This document shows, in pieces, positions 40,901 through 53,470 of a stretch of 64,000 nucleotides of DNA. Numbering within the stretch: position 1 is the stretch's first letter; every line of letters starts with the position of its first letter. Under the pieces are notes generated by a model. That model saw nothing but the letters and a program-made list of their open reading frames with translations, was not told the DNA's origin and did not search any database. Source of the DNA: Octopus sinensis (taxonomy: Eukaryota); contig NC_043003.1 of assembly GCF_006345805.1 (NCBI RefSeq), positions 112,282,001 to 112,346,000 of the forward strand. The letters are read 5' to 3'. Both the position numbers and the translations under genes were made by a program.

Positions 40901-42905
40901 AAAACCCTTGCAATAATATCATGGCGATGACAGTACTGCTGCCCTGGGAGAAGTTCTCGCGTTACCTCAACCCACTTTGGGTTACATGTAAAGGTAATGA
41001 ATAAATCGGGTCGCCCATAATGCCGAACGTAAGTCATAGCGTCTTGTGTTCGCTCGTGCATGTACTGTGGGCCCCCTGTATAGGTTGAGGGGAGAATGCA
41101 CATTTTGCCGATATTGCGGGCGTCAGTGTCATTCCTGATGCCATCACGCAAATGGATGTAGGAGTCTGAGCGCAGCTGCTTCTGATTCAATTTGATGAAG
41201 CCCAGTCTCTCGGACTGCATCTTTGCAGCCATGTCAACTGCAAACTGGTGAAACAGTTGCCGTGATCTGTGCAGGGGTTTGAAATCATTATGCCTTGTCA
41301 TGAAGCGGTATGAGTAAAAAGCCATACATGAAACAGTTTTAGATGTCGCAGCCGAGGGCTCGTTTGGTTTGTGGTGAGGAATGCCGAAATGGTACCCGTC
41401 TTCTCCATACGGAAAAAGAAGGGAATACTGCAGGGCGTCATATGACCGATGCGTCTCATTAATACGCTGAAGACCACCGTCGCGGCTTTGAAGAACTATG
41501 TCCCGCTGCTTGTGCTGTTCACCATGGAGAACTATGGCCACTTCATTGCACGAAGGAGCGTTATACCGCCGCGCGTGCTCCCCAGAAGGCCTTTTGTCAG
41601 CATCGATGACAATGGTGAATGTTGGTGAAGGGGCTGTTTCCAAGGCGTATTTGAAACTGCGAATATAGCTGTTGTGGTCATGAAGCATGTTTTGCAGAGT
41701 GAGCAGCACGTCCCTGTCGAAATTGTCAGCGTTAGTGTTTGCATGTTGTGGAATTACGTCGAAACGCAAATCAAGTTGCCTATTATAATTTGTAATAAAA
41801 TAAATTTGAAGGAACGAAGGTTTGCAATTTTGTAGTGGCTGGAGTGACCCAATAAGGTGGTACACCTGGCTCTGGACCTTGAAAGTAGGCATCCAACCAG
41901 TTTCTCTGACAACGTTAGCCCCGAAAGAAGTCATCTGAAATGCACAATTGTATTTCCTGATGAGTTGAAGGAATTTTGATGACCTTGAGGTGGAACCAGT
42001 AAGTAATTCCTTCAAAGGGTCTGGCAGCTCCCGAAGAGGGGGCAAGCTGACCTTACCGTTTAAGCAGCACATCGCAGGTGGTTCCCCAGCCCACATTTTA
42101 GCATTGCAGAATTGGTAATTGAAGAACATTTCCCCAATATTTATGTCAGCGTGCATCGAGTAATTGAAGTTGGGCTCATACTTGAAAGCACGTAGATGCC
42201 AGTAAGGTCTGTTTGGACTCGTCAGACCGCGGCGTCGACTGTTCCGCTGGAATGTAGAACGTTGCTGGTCTGAGTCGTGGGAATGTGTCGAAAATGTTGA
42301 AGCAGCAGTAGCCGCAGCGTTTGTAGCCAGTCGAGTGGCCCTTTGTTGTGAGTCCTCTGAAGCCCTTTGTGCAGCAACAGCAGAAGCCTTTATGGTGCTG
42401 CGCTTCGACCTTGTTTCCGGACCGTCTGAAGCCGTGGAAGCAGCATCGTATGAAGCAACCGCAGCGTTTGTAGCCAGTCGAGTGGCCTTTGTTGTGGGTC
42501 CTCTGAAGCCCTTTGTGCAGCAACAGCAGAAGCGTTTATGGCGTTGCGCTTCGACCTTGTTTCCGGACCGTCTGAAGCCGTGGAAGCAGCATCGTATGAA
42601 GCAACCGCAGCGTTTGTAGCCAGTCGAGTGGCCTTTGTTGTGGGTCCTCTGAAGCCCTTGTGCAGCAAGAGCAGAAGCGTTTATGGCGCTGCGCTTCGAC
42701 CTTGTTTCCAGACCGTCTGAAGCCGTGGAAGCAGCATCGTATGAAGCAACCGCAGCGTTTGTAGCCAGTCGAGTGGCCTTTGTTGTGGGTCCTCTGAAGC
42801 CCTTTGTGCAGCAACAGCAGAAGCGTTTATGGCGCTGCGCTTCGCCTTTTTCGCAGCTGCTGCTGCAGTATGGCGGCCGATGTGACTTCTCTTTTTCGGT
42901 GGCAT
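37980..42905 (-). pseudogene. Helitron RepHel protein (HUH Rep plus PIF1-family helicase), frameshifted
   Basis: Rep motifs PDLFITFTCNPKW, EWQKRGLPHAHILLW, YPLYRRR, KYICKYVNKGSD; helicase motifs DAPGGTGKT, WDECTM, GDFRQTLPV, FAMSINKAQGQT, HGQLYVGCSRV; spread over consecutive ORFs from ATG at 42905. Confidence 0.92.
42314..42846 (-). repeat. ~3.6 copies of a 145-147-bp coding tandem repeat in the RepHel N-terminus
   Basis: GCAGCGTTTGTAGCC recurs at 42314, 42461, 42607 and 42752 (spacings 147, 146, 145). Confidence 0.95.
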
Positions 42906-43372
42906 TTTATGTGAAAAAGAAAGGGTGAAAGTTACTTAAAGATAGAAATTGTAATTTGAATGAAATGTGGAAAAATGTAAAGCGTGGAAGGAAAAGAAAT
43001 AAATATTAGCAGCTGAAAGAAATTTTTTATGCAAGTATAGCGACAGAGTGTGTAAAATGTATAGAAATTTGAGTTAAAAGCCAGAAAAGAAAGTTAGATT
43101 TGCAATAAAGGAAGTAGTTTACGTACATGTTCGAAATGTGAAGTGTTTTAGTTGTTTAATAAAATATTTGCGTAAAGTGTATAGAAACGTAAATTGAAAA
43201 AAAATGAATTGAAATTTTTGAAAGAAAGGAATTTGTTTACATACATGTGTGAAATGGCAAATGTTTGTGCAGTTGTCCGAAATGGAATCCAGGGTAAATG
43301 TGTGGAACTGATGTATTATAATAGGGATCTTCTCGCCAAAATGGATGACCAGTCTGAATGGCTCACCCCTGT

Positions 43373-43407
<35 letters not shown>

Positions 43408-44041
43408 ACAGACACACACGCACAGACACACGCACACACACACAGACACACACACACGTTAGCTTACAATGCCTGTCAACAATTGACACTGTCGTATATA
43501 TTAGCGTGTCTATGTGTCTAAAGAGGAAGTTGGAGTAATAGGCAGAGTAAAGGCTTCAAAGTGAAATGTTAAAATATTGAGTTTTCTCGAATTTTGTCTT
43601 AATTGGGGGTGAAATTGAAAGAAATTTTGTATGGCATGAACCAATGAAAGTTCTTTGAAAAATCATAGGTAACCTGTAATTGAAGAAATAAAGTGTAATT
43701 GAAGAAATTGTGTGAGGAGTAAATCATTATGTATTTATTTGTTTCTGTTTGCTGCTTTCTTTTTAAATATTACATCTAGTTTCACTTTATTCGTTGCCCA
43801 CTGTGTTTGTGCGTTTGCGTGTGGTGTAAACCAGACTAAGAAAAGCATTTGACACACACACCAGAATGTGAGTTTTCTGTAAATTTTGCTTAATTGGAGT
43901 TTAAATTTTAAAAACTGGACCTGGCATGACGCGATGCATTGTACTCTTAAAAATGCTAGGTAAATTGTAATTGAAGAAATCGTATATTGTAGATTTGTAT
44001 AACTCCCAAAGGGAGGCAGATAAAATCTGCCTTTTATAATA

Positions 44042-44090
<49 letters not shown>

Positions 44091-44249
44091 TTTATACGTA
44101 ATTTTTGGACTAATGAATAATATGCTAATTAGTGTCTTGATGTGTTGAGTAAAGCACTAACATGCTTTGTGCTACCTGTTGTCAAATGCAGTTGGGGTAT
44201 ATTTTCGTTGAATCTACTTCAGGAAATCCGCAGTCTTAGTTGAGATAAA

Positions 44250-44409
44250 AATCGATTAAGAAAATAGAAGATGGATTTGGTATTAGTCTTTATTCCGTAA
44301 GACGATCGTTTCCATCCACCCTGCACAACATCCGAGCCATAAAGAACTGTCGAAGGATCGGTGAAATAAAGACTGATACCAAATCCGTCTTCTGTTTCTT
44401 TAATCGATT
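44250..44409. repeat. ~45-bp inverted repeat element
   Basis: AATCGATTAAGAAAATAGAAGATGGATTTGGTATTAGTCTTTATT versus AATAAAGACTGATACCAAATCCGTCTTCTGTTTCTTTAATCGATT. Confidence 0.8.
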
Positions 44410-44429
44410 ATATATATATATATATATAC

Positions 44430-44689
44430 ACATATTAGAGAGAAACCCCTATGTGGACACCCTTATGCTAGAAATAGATCCGCTATGTTCTTACCACTAA
44501 GAAATATAATGTTAATAGTGAAACATGTATGCGAATAATCTATATTTTTATTGTTTTTTCTTTTGTCTTGCTCGATTACGTTTTGGTTGTTTTGCTAAAT
44601 TTATCTTGAGAACATTTCTTAGTGGTAAGACCATAGCGGATCTATTTCAAGCATAAGGGTGTCCATATAGTGGTTTCCCTCTAATATGT
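44430..44689. repeat. ~75-bp inverted repeat element (MITE-like or inverted PLE tails)
   Basis: ACATATTAGAGAGAAACC...CTTACCACTAAGAAAT mirrored by ATTTCTTAGTGGTAAG...GGTTTCCCTCTAATATGT; TA-rich flanks. Confidence 0.8.
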
Positions 44690-45408
44690 ATATAATACAA
44701 TTTTACTGAACCTTCAGTTTTGTTTTATATGCTACACCACTTGTGTGGAATCGATGTTGATTAAATTAATATTTAACTTCTCACCCTCATTTTAAATTAT
44801 ATATATATATATATATATATAGATATAGATATATATATGACTGCATTATAAAATGAAAACTTATCTGACTGTAATATTGGCAATGCTTTGTGTGCAAGAA
44901 ATTTGCATATAAATAAGTAACATTTTTAGTCACTATGAAATCACAACTCGAGAGAGAAATTTTCCATCTGGTACATTTTACTCTGTCCATGAAGTTATTT
45001 GTATATATAGTGAGAGACAGACAGACAGACAAGATCTTTACACCTGTCTGTTATATATAGTATTGGATAATATTTTATACCCATTCTCTATAGTGCCTAA
45101 CAGAAGTTCAGCACCTACCATAACCCTGATCTGAATTTATATATGCTTCTCTATCATTGCAATATGTAACAATACACTGGGACGCACTGGTTAAATTTAT
45201 ATAATTCAAGGAATTACCTGGTTGAAGAGATGGAGATGCTTCTCCATGAAGGTTTTAGATTTCCGACTATCAAAAATTTAGGAACGTCAATAATTATGTG
45301 TTACGATTAGCCGTCTGATGGTGGAGCAAGACCTATGATTATGAAGTTGGTCTAAATTCGCTTTTCACATGCTGTCCATACAATTTAAAGTTGATTATAA
45401 TTGATTCA

Positions 45409-45805
45409 AGGCGGCGAGCTGGGAGAAATTTTAGCACGCCGGGCGAAATGCTTAGCAGTATTTCGTCTGCTGCGAGGATCTGAGTTCAAATTCCGCCGAA
45501 GTCGACTTCGCTTTTTATCCTTTCGGGGTCGATTAAATAAGTACCAGCTACGCATTGGGGTCGATGCAATCGATTTAATACTTATGTCTGTCCTTGTTTG
45601 TCCCCTCTGTGTTTAGCCCCTTGTGGGTAGTAAAGATATAGGTATTTCGTCTGCCGCTACGTTCTGAGTTCAAGTTCCACCATGGTCGACTTTTTGTTTC
45701 ATCTTCTTGGGGTCGATATGTTAAGTACCAGTTGCGTACTGGAATCGAACTAATCGACTGGCCTCCTCCCCCAAAATTTCGGGTCTTGTGCCTAGATTAG
45801 AAAAT
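45409..45805 (+). mobile_element. SINE family A, dimer with alternative 3' tail
   Basis: Head and body, restart at GTATTTCGTCTG (45642), final tail CCCCAAAATTTCGGGTCTTGTGCCTAGATTAGAAAAT; candidate TSD GATTATAATTGA on both sides. Confidence 0.85.
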
Positions 45806-46645
45806 GATTATAATTGAGAGAGTATGCTATTATATTCAGTCCATTCTTCTGTTCCAGAAAGTATCTGTAACTTTTTTTTCTTTGACACGTAACCTAAAGA
45901 TATTTTGTGATAAGAGATGGGCCTCCAGAATTTCAAGAGACTGATATATAAAATTTATTAATATTACAAGTTGTTCTGCAAAAAGTTATAGATGGCGAGA
46001 TAAAGCCGCTCTTTTAGACAAAGCGTTTCTTGGAAAGACATAGGAGTTTTGAAGTTTTAGTTTCTGGAGCCAACACCTGACAATGTTGTCAGTTTATGTA
46101 CATAATTGTAGAAAACGCTACGCAAAAAGTGACAGCTTTTAATTTCATATGTTTTTGAAAAAAGTTATAAATAACGTGAAATGAGAAGGAATAGAAATTC
46201 AAAGATATGAAAAACGAAACGACGGGTTTGACTATTTGTTAGTTTTCATCTCATTATGTAAAAGCCAATTCAAATTGAACTTAGTCACACTCAAGAGTAT
46301 CCCAATCTTTTACCGAGTTGCATATCTAGAATATGATAGCGGGAAGGAGAAAGAGCTAGACACCAGTCTGATGGTATTCATTTCTTGGCTGAGTAGACGA
46401 CAGAGACTTTCGCTTAAGAGTTTCGCTGAAGGACATGGTGCGCCTTCTAAACATGAAATTATATACATCTTGTACTCGTAAATCCACTGCCCTAAACATT
46501 AGGCTACGCGGTAGTTAACATATACGCATATTAAGACATATACACATACAGAAGAACACAGAAGCATGCGCATTCACACTGGCACACATATGTTACACAC
46601 ATTCGCATCTATAGATATATGAATTATATAATAGTAATGAAGATG

Positions 46646-46688
<43 letters not shown>

Positions 46689-46716
46689 TAATAATAATAA
46701 TAATAATAATAATAAT
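46646..46716. repeat. (AAT)n microsatellite
   Basis: Directly visible. Confidence 0.95.
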
Positions 46717-47099
46717 CTTTAGATGAGATTTATAAACATTTATAACCATTAAATTTTATAAATCCATCCAAGGATTATAGTTATTATTATTATATTTATA
46801 ATACATTATATCAGTACAGCTCGATGCAACCCCAGGAAACTAATTCAGCAGTCAGCATCTTTAAACCGTGGCAGGCATAATGGAAAATGAGCTTCGTTTG
46901 CATATTTGCCGTAAAGTTAAGAGATATATGTAATATGTACGTTCAATAACCCACCTAATGGATCTAGCGAACATTTGCAAATAGATACCAACCAAGGAGA
47001 TGTAAACCACATTGATAAACACCAACTAAGACTAATCTGTAGTAGTAGAAATACTCATGGTACAGCCAGCATGGTAACAACGCCGGTTAATGGACTACA

Positions 47100-47195
47100 A
47101 AAAAAAAACGATAAATGTTCATGCAGAGATAAATCAATGTCAATTGATGAATCTCTGAGTACAAATCATGTATATAAATGTAATGTGCACACAAG
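47100..47195 (+). pseudogene. Short PLE linker/GIY-YIG remnant
   Basis: KCSCRDKS...HVYKCNV parallels CSCRNKDLCP...IIYEATV of the 12.5-14.2 kb element. Confidence 0.45.
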
Positions 47196-47199
47196 GGGA

Positions 47200-47604
47200 G
47201 AGCTTGTATGATGCATTTGTGCGAACAGCCATGCCACACAGCTGTGAAGCATGGGCTGTGACTGCTGGGGACATGCATAGGCTTGAAACATATGAAGCTA
47301 GTATGCTGCGCTGAATGTGTAATTTTAGCATGCTTACACGACAGCTGTGTAGGCACCGTGAGGAAAAAGATGGACATAAGAATCATCAGATGTGGGGTGC
47401 AAGAGAGACGCCTGCGCTGGTATGGTCATGTGGATGACAGCAGCTGTATGACGAAGTGTCACACTCTAACAGTGGAAGGAAACTGTGGAAGAGGTAGACC
47501 CAGGAAGACATGGGATGATGTGATGATGCGCGATCTTCAAACGTTGGGCCTCACAGAGGCAATCACAAGTGACCGAAACCTTTGGAGATAGGCTGTGCTT
47601 GAGA

Positions 47605-47605
<1 letters not shown>
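47200..47605 (+). pseudogene. RTE-clade LINE 3' fragment
   Basis: LYDAFVRTAMPHSCEAWAV ... RRLRWYGHV...VEGNCGRGRPRKTWDDVMMRDL...DRNLWR, ending at a (CA)n run. Confidence 0.85.
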
Positions 47606-47664
<59 letters not shown>

Positions 47665-47779
47665 GTATATGTATGTATATATATCAGTAAAAATTATATA
47701 AGTGTAAATCAGTAAAATTCATTGAGCAAAGTATACTATACAAAGATTTTGTTGAATTAATGAAAGCTTCAGATAAGTT

Positions 47780-48700
47780 GAAAAGATAAGCACTACAAAG
47801 AACCTTAGGAGAGTTGCGGCCCGCACATAATTCTGTTGATATATTTGTCAACAACACACCAGCCTGAAAATCCTGTTTCAAATCAAAAAGTGTGCTGTCG
47901 CTACTTTATTCCGCGTACAATTTTTCAGTATTGAGTGTTCATGCAGTTAAGTATTGTGCTCTACATACATTTGTCTGCCACTGCACAGCATGCAAGGTAT
48001 ATTTAATCGCAATTGTTATATTCATAATATAATGAACTTCTCTCCATTGCCTGTACTGGTTTTCGAAGATACAGCACTTCTGAAACAATCTTCATGTAGT
48101 GTAATTTTTATGCGTCGTGTCAACTGTGTTACTTGATGTGGGGAAATCTTCAATTGTATTTGGGATACTACTGAATAGTTTCATGGAATAGTAAATATCC
48201 ACCAACTTTTCCATCTATGATGCCTGCATTATTATGTCCCTGCTATGCTCTTCTCAAAGAATGATCATGTATCGAATGTATCGACATATCATCATCACAT
48301 CAAAATAGTCGAAGGTTTTCACTAGAAAAGTCTAAGGTGTATAGTTATACATCAGTCGGAAATAATGCACACTTAGAACACACATGCTATGAGTACAGTA
48401 TTGTCAGTATGTAAACTTCCATCGTTGTGAACATGTCATCTATATTGATGTTTTAAGGATGGCAAAGGAACTGCCTCATAGAAAATAAATTCTTAGTAAT
48501 CGCCCAGAACAACAGCAAAAGAGATTTAACGACGTCGTAAAACACAATTTTAAGTAGTGGAATATTATCACTGTTTATTAGAAATATTTCTGTGAAGAGA
48601 TACGAAAGCTTGGAGAGGATAGCCTGCTGTTCATGAAAAACATTTGAAAAGCCCAGCAAATAGGAGAATCTAATGCCAAAATGATACAAGAGGGTGAATT
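47780..48700 (-). pseudogene. Possible very old hAT transposase remnant
   Basis: ETGFS......KYINRI near 47830-47880 resembles the hAT dimerization motif CETGFS...KYRNRL; the rest is weak. Confidence 0.3.
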
Positions 48701-49606
48701 GCTGCTAAGCAGATAATGTAGAGAAAATATTGACTCTGCTCTCTGGGGTCATATTGCAATTTCGAAAGCCGGACTTGTCGTCCATGAAAAGTCAAATACA
48801 GAGAGACCAACTCTAGATACCTATGTATATAGGACCCTAACTGTCCCAGTCTTGCTCTGTTGTACCTTATGTACGAAGGTGCACTCATCCTCTGTTGAAG
48901 TGAAAATATATGTTCATTGAGTGCACATAGGCGCCGACCAAAGCCTTGTGAGTTATTTGGAAGACAGGAAACTGAAACAAGTACGTTATATACATGTGTG
49001 TAAGTGTATTTTATATTTGTATTGTGTGTGTGTGTGATAGTGTGTGTGTGTGTATATATGTGTGTATGTGTGTTTGCGCTCGTCCGCAACAGATCAGGAA
49101 AAGAAAGGGATAGATTGAGTACCAAGCTTAAAGGAAAATAATTTCTGGAGCTCATTTCGTTCAGCTAAAATTCATCAAGATGGCACTGCAACATGGCCTA
49201 GGATCATTGAATGAAACAAGAAAAAGAAAAAAGATTGACCGATTAGCTGTTGCCACGACCCTTCACAGAGTTATATGATGCATTCTTCGCAAAAAGCTTA
49301 ATTAAAATAAGTTTAGGTACTCATATGAGGACCCATGGTTAACGTATAATCAACACAGTTACAAATGTATGTCTGCATCAGATTTTTACCTATGCAGGAT
49401 ATAAACTGTACTACACACAATTAGTTACGTTTAAATATAAGTATACATATTTTTGTAGATACATACATATGTGTGTGTATGCATATATATATATTTGCAT
49501 ATATATGTATATATATAGATATATATATACAGTTATATATATACCCATATTACAATATATTACATACATACACACACACACATATATATATATGCACATA
49601 CATATA

Positions 49607-49645
<39 letters not shown>

Positions 49646-49893
49646 GCATACATATATACATACAGGCATATGTTCATAATTTAGAAATTTAACGGTTACC
49701 AACGAGAGTGGTTGCTGTATCTGTTTAAATTAACTCTTTGCAAAGCTAAACTCTAGAACACCACTGAGGCGGATAGAAAATAATTGACGAGAAATTGGAA
49801 GAATATAAGCTATTAGAAAGATAAATTATTTCAGATTTTAGCAGTTTATACCGTCGCACTTTAAGTGTTATCAACTGAGATTAATACATATAT

Positions 49894-50043
<150 letters not shown>

Positions 50044-50066
50044 GTAGGTAGATGTTTGTATGTATG

Positions 50067-50101
<35 letters not shown>

Positions 50102-51052
50102 TATATATTTACAAATGTTATGCCAATGTATTTAACAGAAATACTGGTTTACTTACGTAGGAAGGAAAATTGTAAACAACCGATTATTAAACGCTGGGGT
50201 GAACAATAATGCCGTAAATAAAAGTGATGTAAGTAATGTTAAGAATACCATGTTTTCAACAAAAATGTTGCAGTTAAAATCTGACCAGTGATAAGTATAA
50301 AATTGATGGGTGACACTTTTACCGTTGACATAAGTATAAGCGACTAAATTACGATCAGAATGCAGGGATGTAGCAGTAGCAATCATGTAACAAAAAAAAT
50401 ATGTTGGAACCATGAAGTCTGTTTTTTAAACATTTCAAGGATAAAATAATTAGGCACCGAAAATATCAGTACGGAATAAAAATTTCTTACATAAACTTAC
50501 AGTACTTTTAGTACTGAATAAGAAATTGTTATTTTGTAAATTATGCAAAATAACACGGTTGGTATATTATCTCTAAGTAAACCAAGAAATCCTGAAAATG
50601 TATAATTTATTACAATATATCTGTAAATGTTTTGGAATGGAAGAAGCATTTTCGTCTTCTTAACTCAGAACAACAGAGATATTTGTCTCCGAATAAAACA
50701 AATCAGGTTGAATCATCGTGATTGGAGATTTAACCTGATGGACGCCCAGTGGTTCTACCTTGTCTGTCTGTTTCTCTCTCTCTCTCTCTAGGTAGGTTAG
50801 TAAGTACGTACGTACCTATGTATGCACACCTCCCCCCCCCACACATATATGCATTTCTAAACACGATCGTTAGAGTCACTCATTTAACTTATATTTATTT
50901 CTTTTAAAAGAAATGTTTATAAGAAAATAGAAAGAAAGTAGTGAATCTCCGTTCTTCAATTTTCTCGAACGAAAGTTACAAATATTCATTCTTTTTCCGC
51001 TAAATTCTAATCATTTACTTTCTTTACAATAACAAATACTATCTACTCTCTA

Positions 51053-51113
<61 letters not shown>

Positions 51114-51307
51114 TGTTTTTACCTCAATCTCTCACTCAACACATTATTAATTAAGCATCCCACAAGCATTGTCTACCTCAGTTTCCCCCATTCAGTAGTT
51201 TCAGAGAAATAGTTGAACGATTATTTTCTTACGGCCATGTTAAAATTCATTTTATTATTGAACAATTTTGCATATAAGAAGAACATTTAATTTCCCAAGG
51301 ATAAGCA

Positions 51308-52535
51308 GCGACGCAGCGGCAGACCATGCGAAGGTCTGAATTAATTGTGGTTTCTGATTTACAGGTGTTTGAACCGAGTCAAGTGTAAAATGGAGCCTGT
51401 TGAGTGTCGAGCAGTGATCCGGTTTTTGTATTTGAAAGGATGCACACCACGGGAGACTTTTGATTAAATGAAAGTAACTTATGGTGATGATGCCCCATTA
51501 TATGCCCTTGTAAAACGCTGGCATCGTGAATTCAAACATGGTCGGAACTCTGTGGAAACAGCTCCCAGATCTGGTCGCCCCTTCTGCCGTTGATGAGACG
51601 TCTGTCCGTCAAGTTGAGGCTGCCATTTTGGAAGATCGACGCATAATTATTCGCCAAATAGCCCATGAGGTCAAGATTAGTACCGGGTCTGTGGAAACTA
51701 TCATTCATGACCATTTGCATATGCAAAAGGTGTCTGCCAGATGGATTCCCAGGTTGCTCACGCCTTTCCAGAAGCAAGAACGCGTCGAGTGCTCGAGGGT
51801 GAATTTGGAGATGTGCCAAGAAGATTAGTCAAAATCTTTCAAAAGGCTGATTACACGGGATGAAACCTGGGTCCATCACGATGATCCAGAGACCAAAGCC
51901 CAGTCAATGCAGTGGAAGCACCGTGACTCACCCCCTCCAAAGAAGGCAAGGGTGCAGCCCTCCGCTGGCAAGGTCGACTTTGCCTTTCATCCTTTCATGC
52001 TCACAGCCTTCTGGGACCAGGACGGAGTAGTGATGACAGATTTCCTGGCAAAGGGTACCACAATTACAGGAGCCTATTATGCTTCACTTTTGAGGAAATT
52101 AAAAGAAGTTATCATAATCAAGAGGCGTGGCAAGATCAGCAAATGCATCCTCCTCCTGCAGGAAAACGCTCCGGTCCATAACTCGCTTGTCGCCAGATCA
52201 GAAGCACAGGCGTATGGCTATGAACTCCTCCCCCATCCCCCTACTTTCCTGACCTTGCACCCTCTGATTTTCATCTCTTCCCAGTCATGAAGTTGTTTTT
52301 GAAAGGAAAGCGTTTCCCAGATGATGCAGCCTTGATTTCTGAAGTCACGGTCAGGTTGGAGGACCAAGCTGGGGTCTTCTACAAAAATGGTCTCCAGAGC
52401 TGCATCAAACAATGGGAGAAATGCGTAACTCTGGGTGGTTTCTATGTAGAAAAAGACTAATAACTGTGCCAAGTTTCGTTGCTCTACTGCTATGGGAAGT
52501 GGGTCAGGGGCATTACTTATTGAACGCCCCTCGTA
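51308..52535 (+). mobile_element. mariner transposon remnant; left TIR not found
   Basis: Disrupted transposase 51390-52460 (MEPVECRAVIRFLYLKG, RSGRP, SARWIPRLLT, DETWV, SAGKV..WD, LQENAPVH, frameshifted HPPY.PDLAPSDF); right end CATTACTTATTGAACGCCCCTCG-TA. Confidence 0.9.
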
Positions 52536-52889
52536 CATCAGGGACAAAAACAGTCTCTTCGACAAGCTGATTCTAAGAGACATCATGAACTTCGTGAAAG
52601 AATAGAAACCCTAGTACAAAATTCTTATCGACGTAAAATTCCGTTTGAGAAACAACATCAACATGAGATGCTGTTCAACACGAATTATATCGGCAAAATA
52701 AGCAGAGAAATATGGCTAGACGTCATGATGCTGATGATCTTCGATGAAATAATGCTGATAGTTACCATCACAGTTGTAAAAACATGGCAGTTTAGTGAGA
52801 TTTAACCTGATCGACTCCTAGTGGTTCTAGTTCACAGTACAGTTCTAAGTTTGTATGCACATTATAAATAGTATATATATTTGTATATT

Positions 52890-53470
52890 CTTTTCTGCTC
52901 TAGGCACAAGGCCCTAAATTTTGGGTGAGGGGGCCAGTCGTTTAGATCGACCGCAGAACGTAACTGGTACTAAATTTATCAACCCCGAAAGGATGAAAGG
53001 CAAAGTCGACCTCGGCGGAATTTGAACTCAGAAAGTAAAGACGGACAAAATACCTATTTCTTTATTACTCACAAAGGGCTAAACACAGAGAGGACAAACA
53101 AGAACAGACAAACGGATAAAGTCGATTATATTGACCCCAGTGCGTAACTGGTACTTATTTAATCGACCCCGAAACGATGGAACGCAAAATCGACCTCGGC
53201 GGAATTTGAACTCAGAACTTAATGGCAGACAAAATACCTATTTCTTTTCTACCCACAAGGGGCTAAACACAGAGGGGCCAAACAAGGACAGACAAACGGA
53301 TTAAGTCGATTACATTGACCCCAGTGCGTAACTGGTACTTAATTTATCGACCCCGAAGGGATGAAAGGCAAAGTCGACCTCGGCGAAATTTGAATTCAGA
53401 ACGTAACGGCAGACAAAATACCACTAAGCATTTGACCCGGCGTGCTAACGTTTTGGCCAGTTCGCCGCCT
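52890..53470 (-). mobile_element. SINE family A, tandem trimer
   Basis: One head at 53470, three cores with junctions AAATAG|GTATTT at about 53237 and 53055; the last unit has the alternative tail. Confidence 0.9.

Larger units (their letters stand above)
37204..44044 (-). mobile_element. Full-length autonomous-type Helitron
   Basis: Minus strand starts A|TCTTATTATAAAAG at 44044 and ends with hairpin CCCGAGCAACGCCGGG then CAATTCAG-CTAG|T at 37204; inserted between A and T in a TA run; encodes Rep/helicase. Confidence 0.93.

Noticed and set aside
42314-42846. Regularly spaced repeats as a CRISPR-like array
   Set aside because: Units are contiguous with no unique spacers and lie inside the Helitron ORF; no cas genes are present.
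50703-52830. Similar ~33-bp segments (GAGATTTAACCTGAT..AGTGGTTCTA) at about 50726 and 52797 as LTRs or TSDs around the mariner
   Set aside because: Too short, diverged and distant from the element ends; probably fragments of another dispersed repeat.
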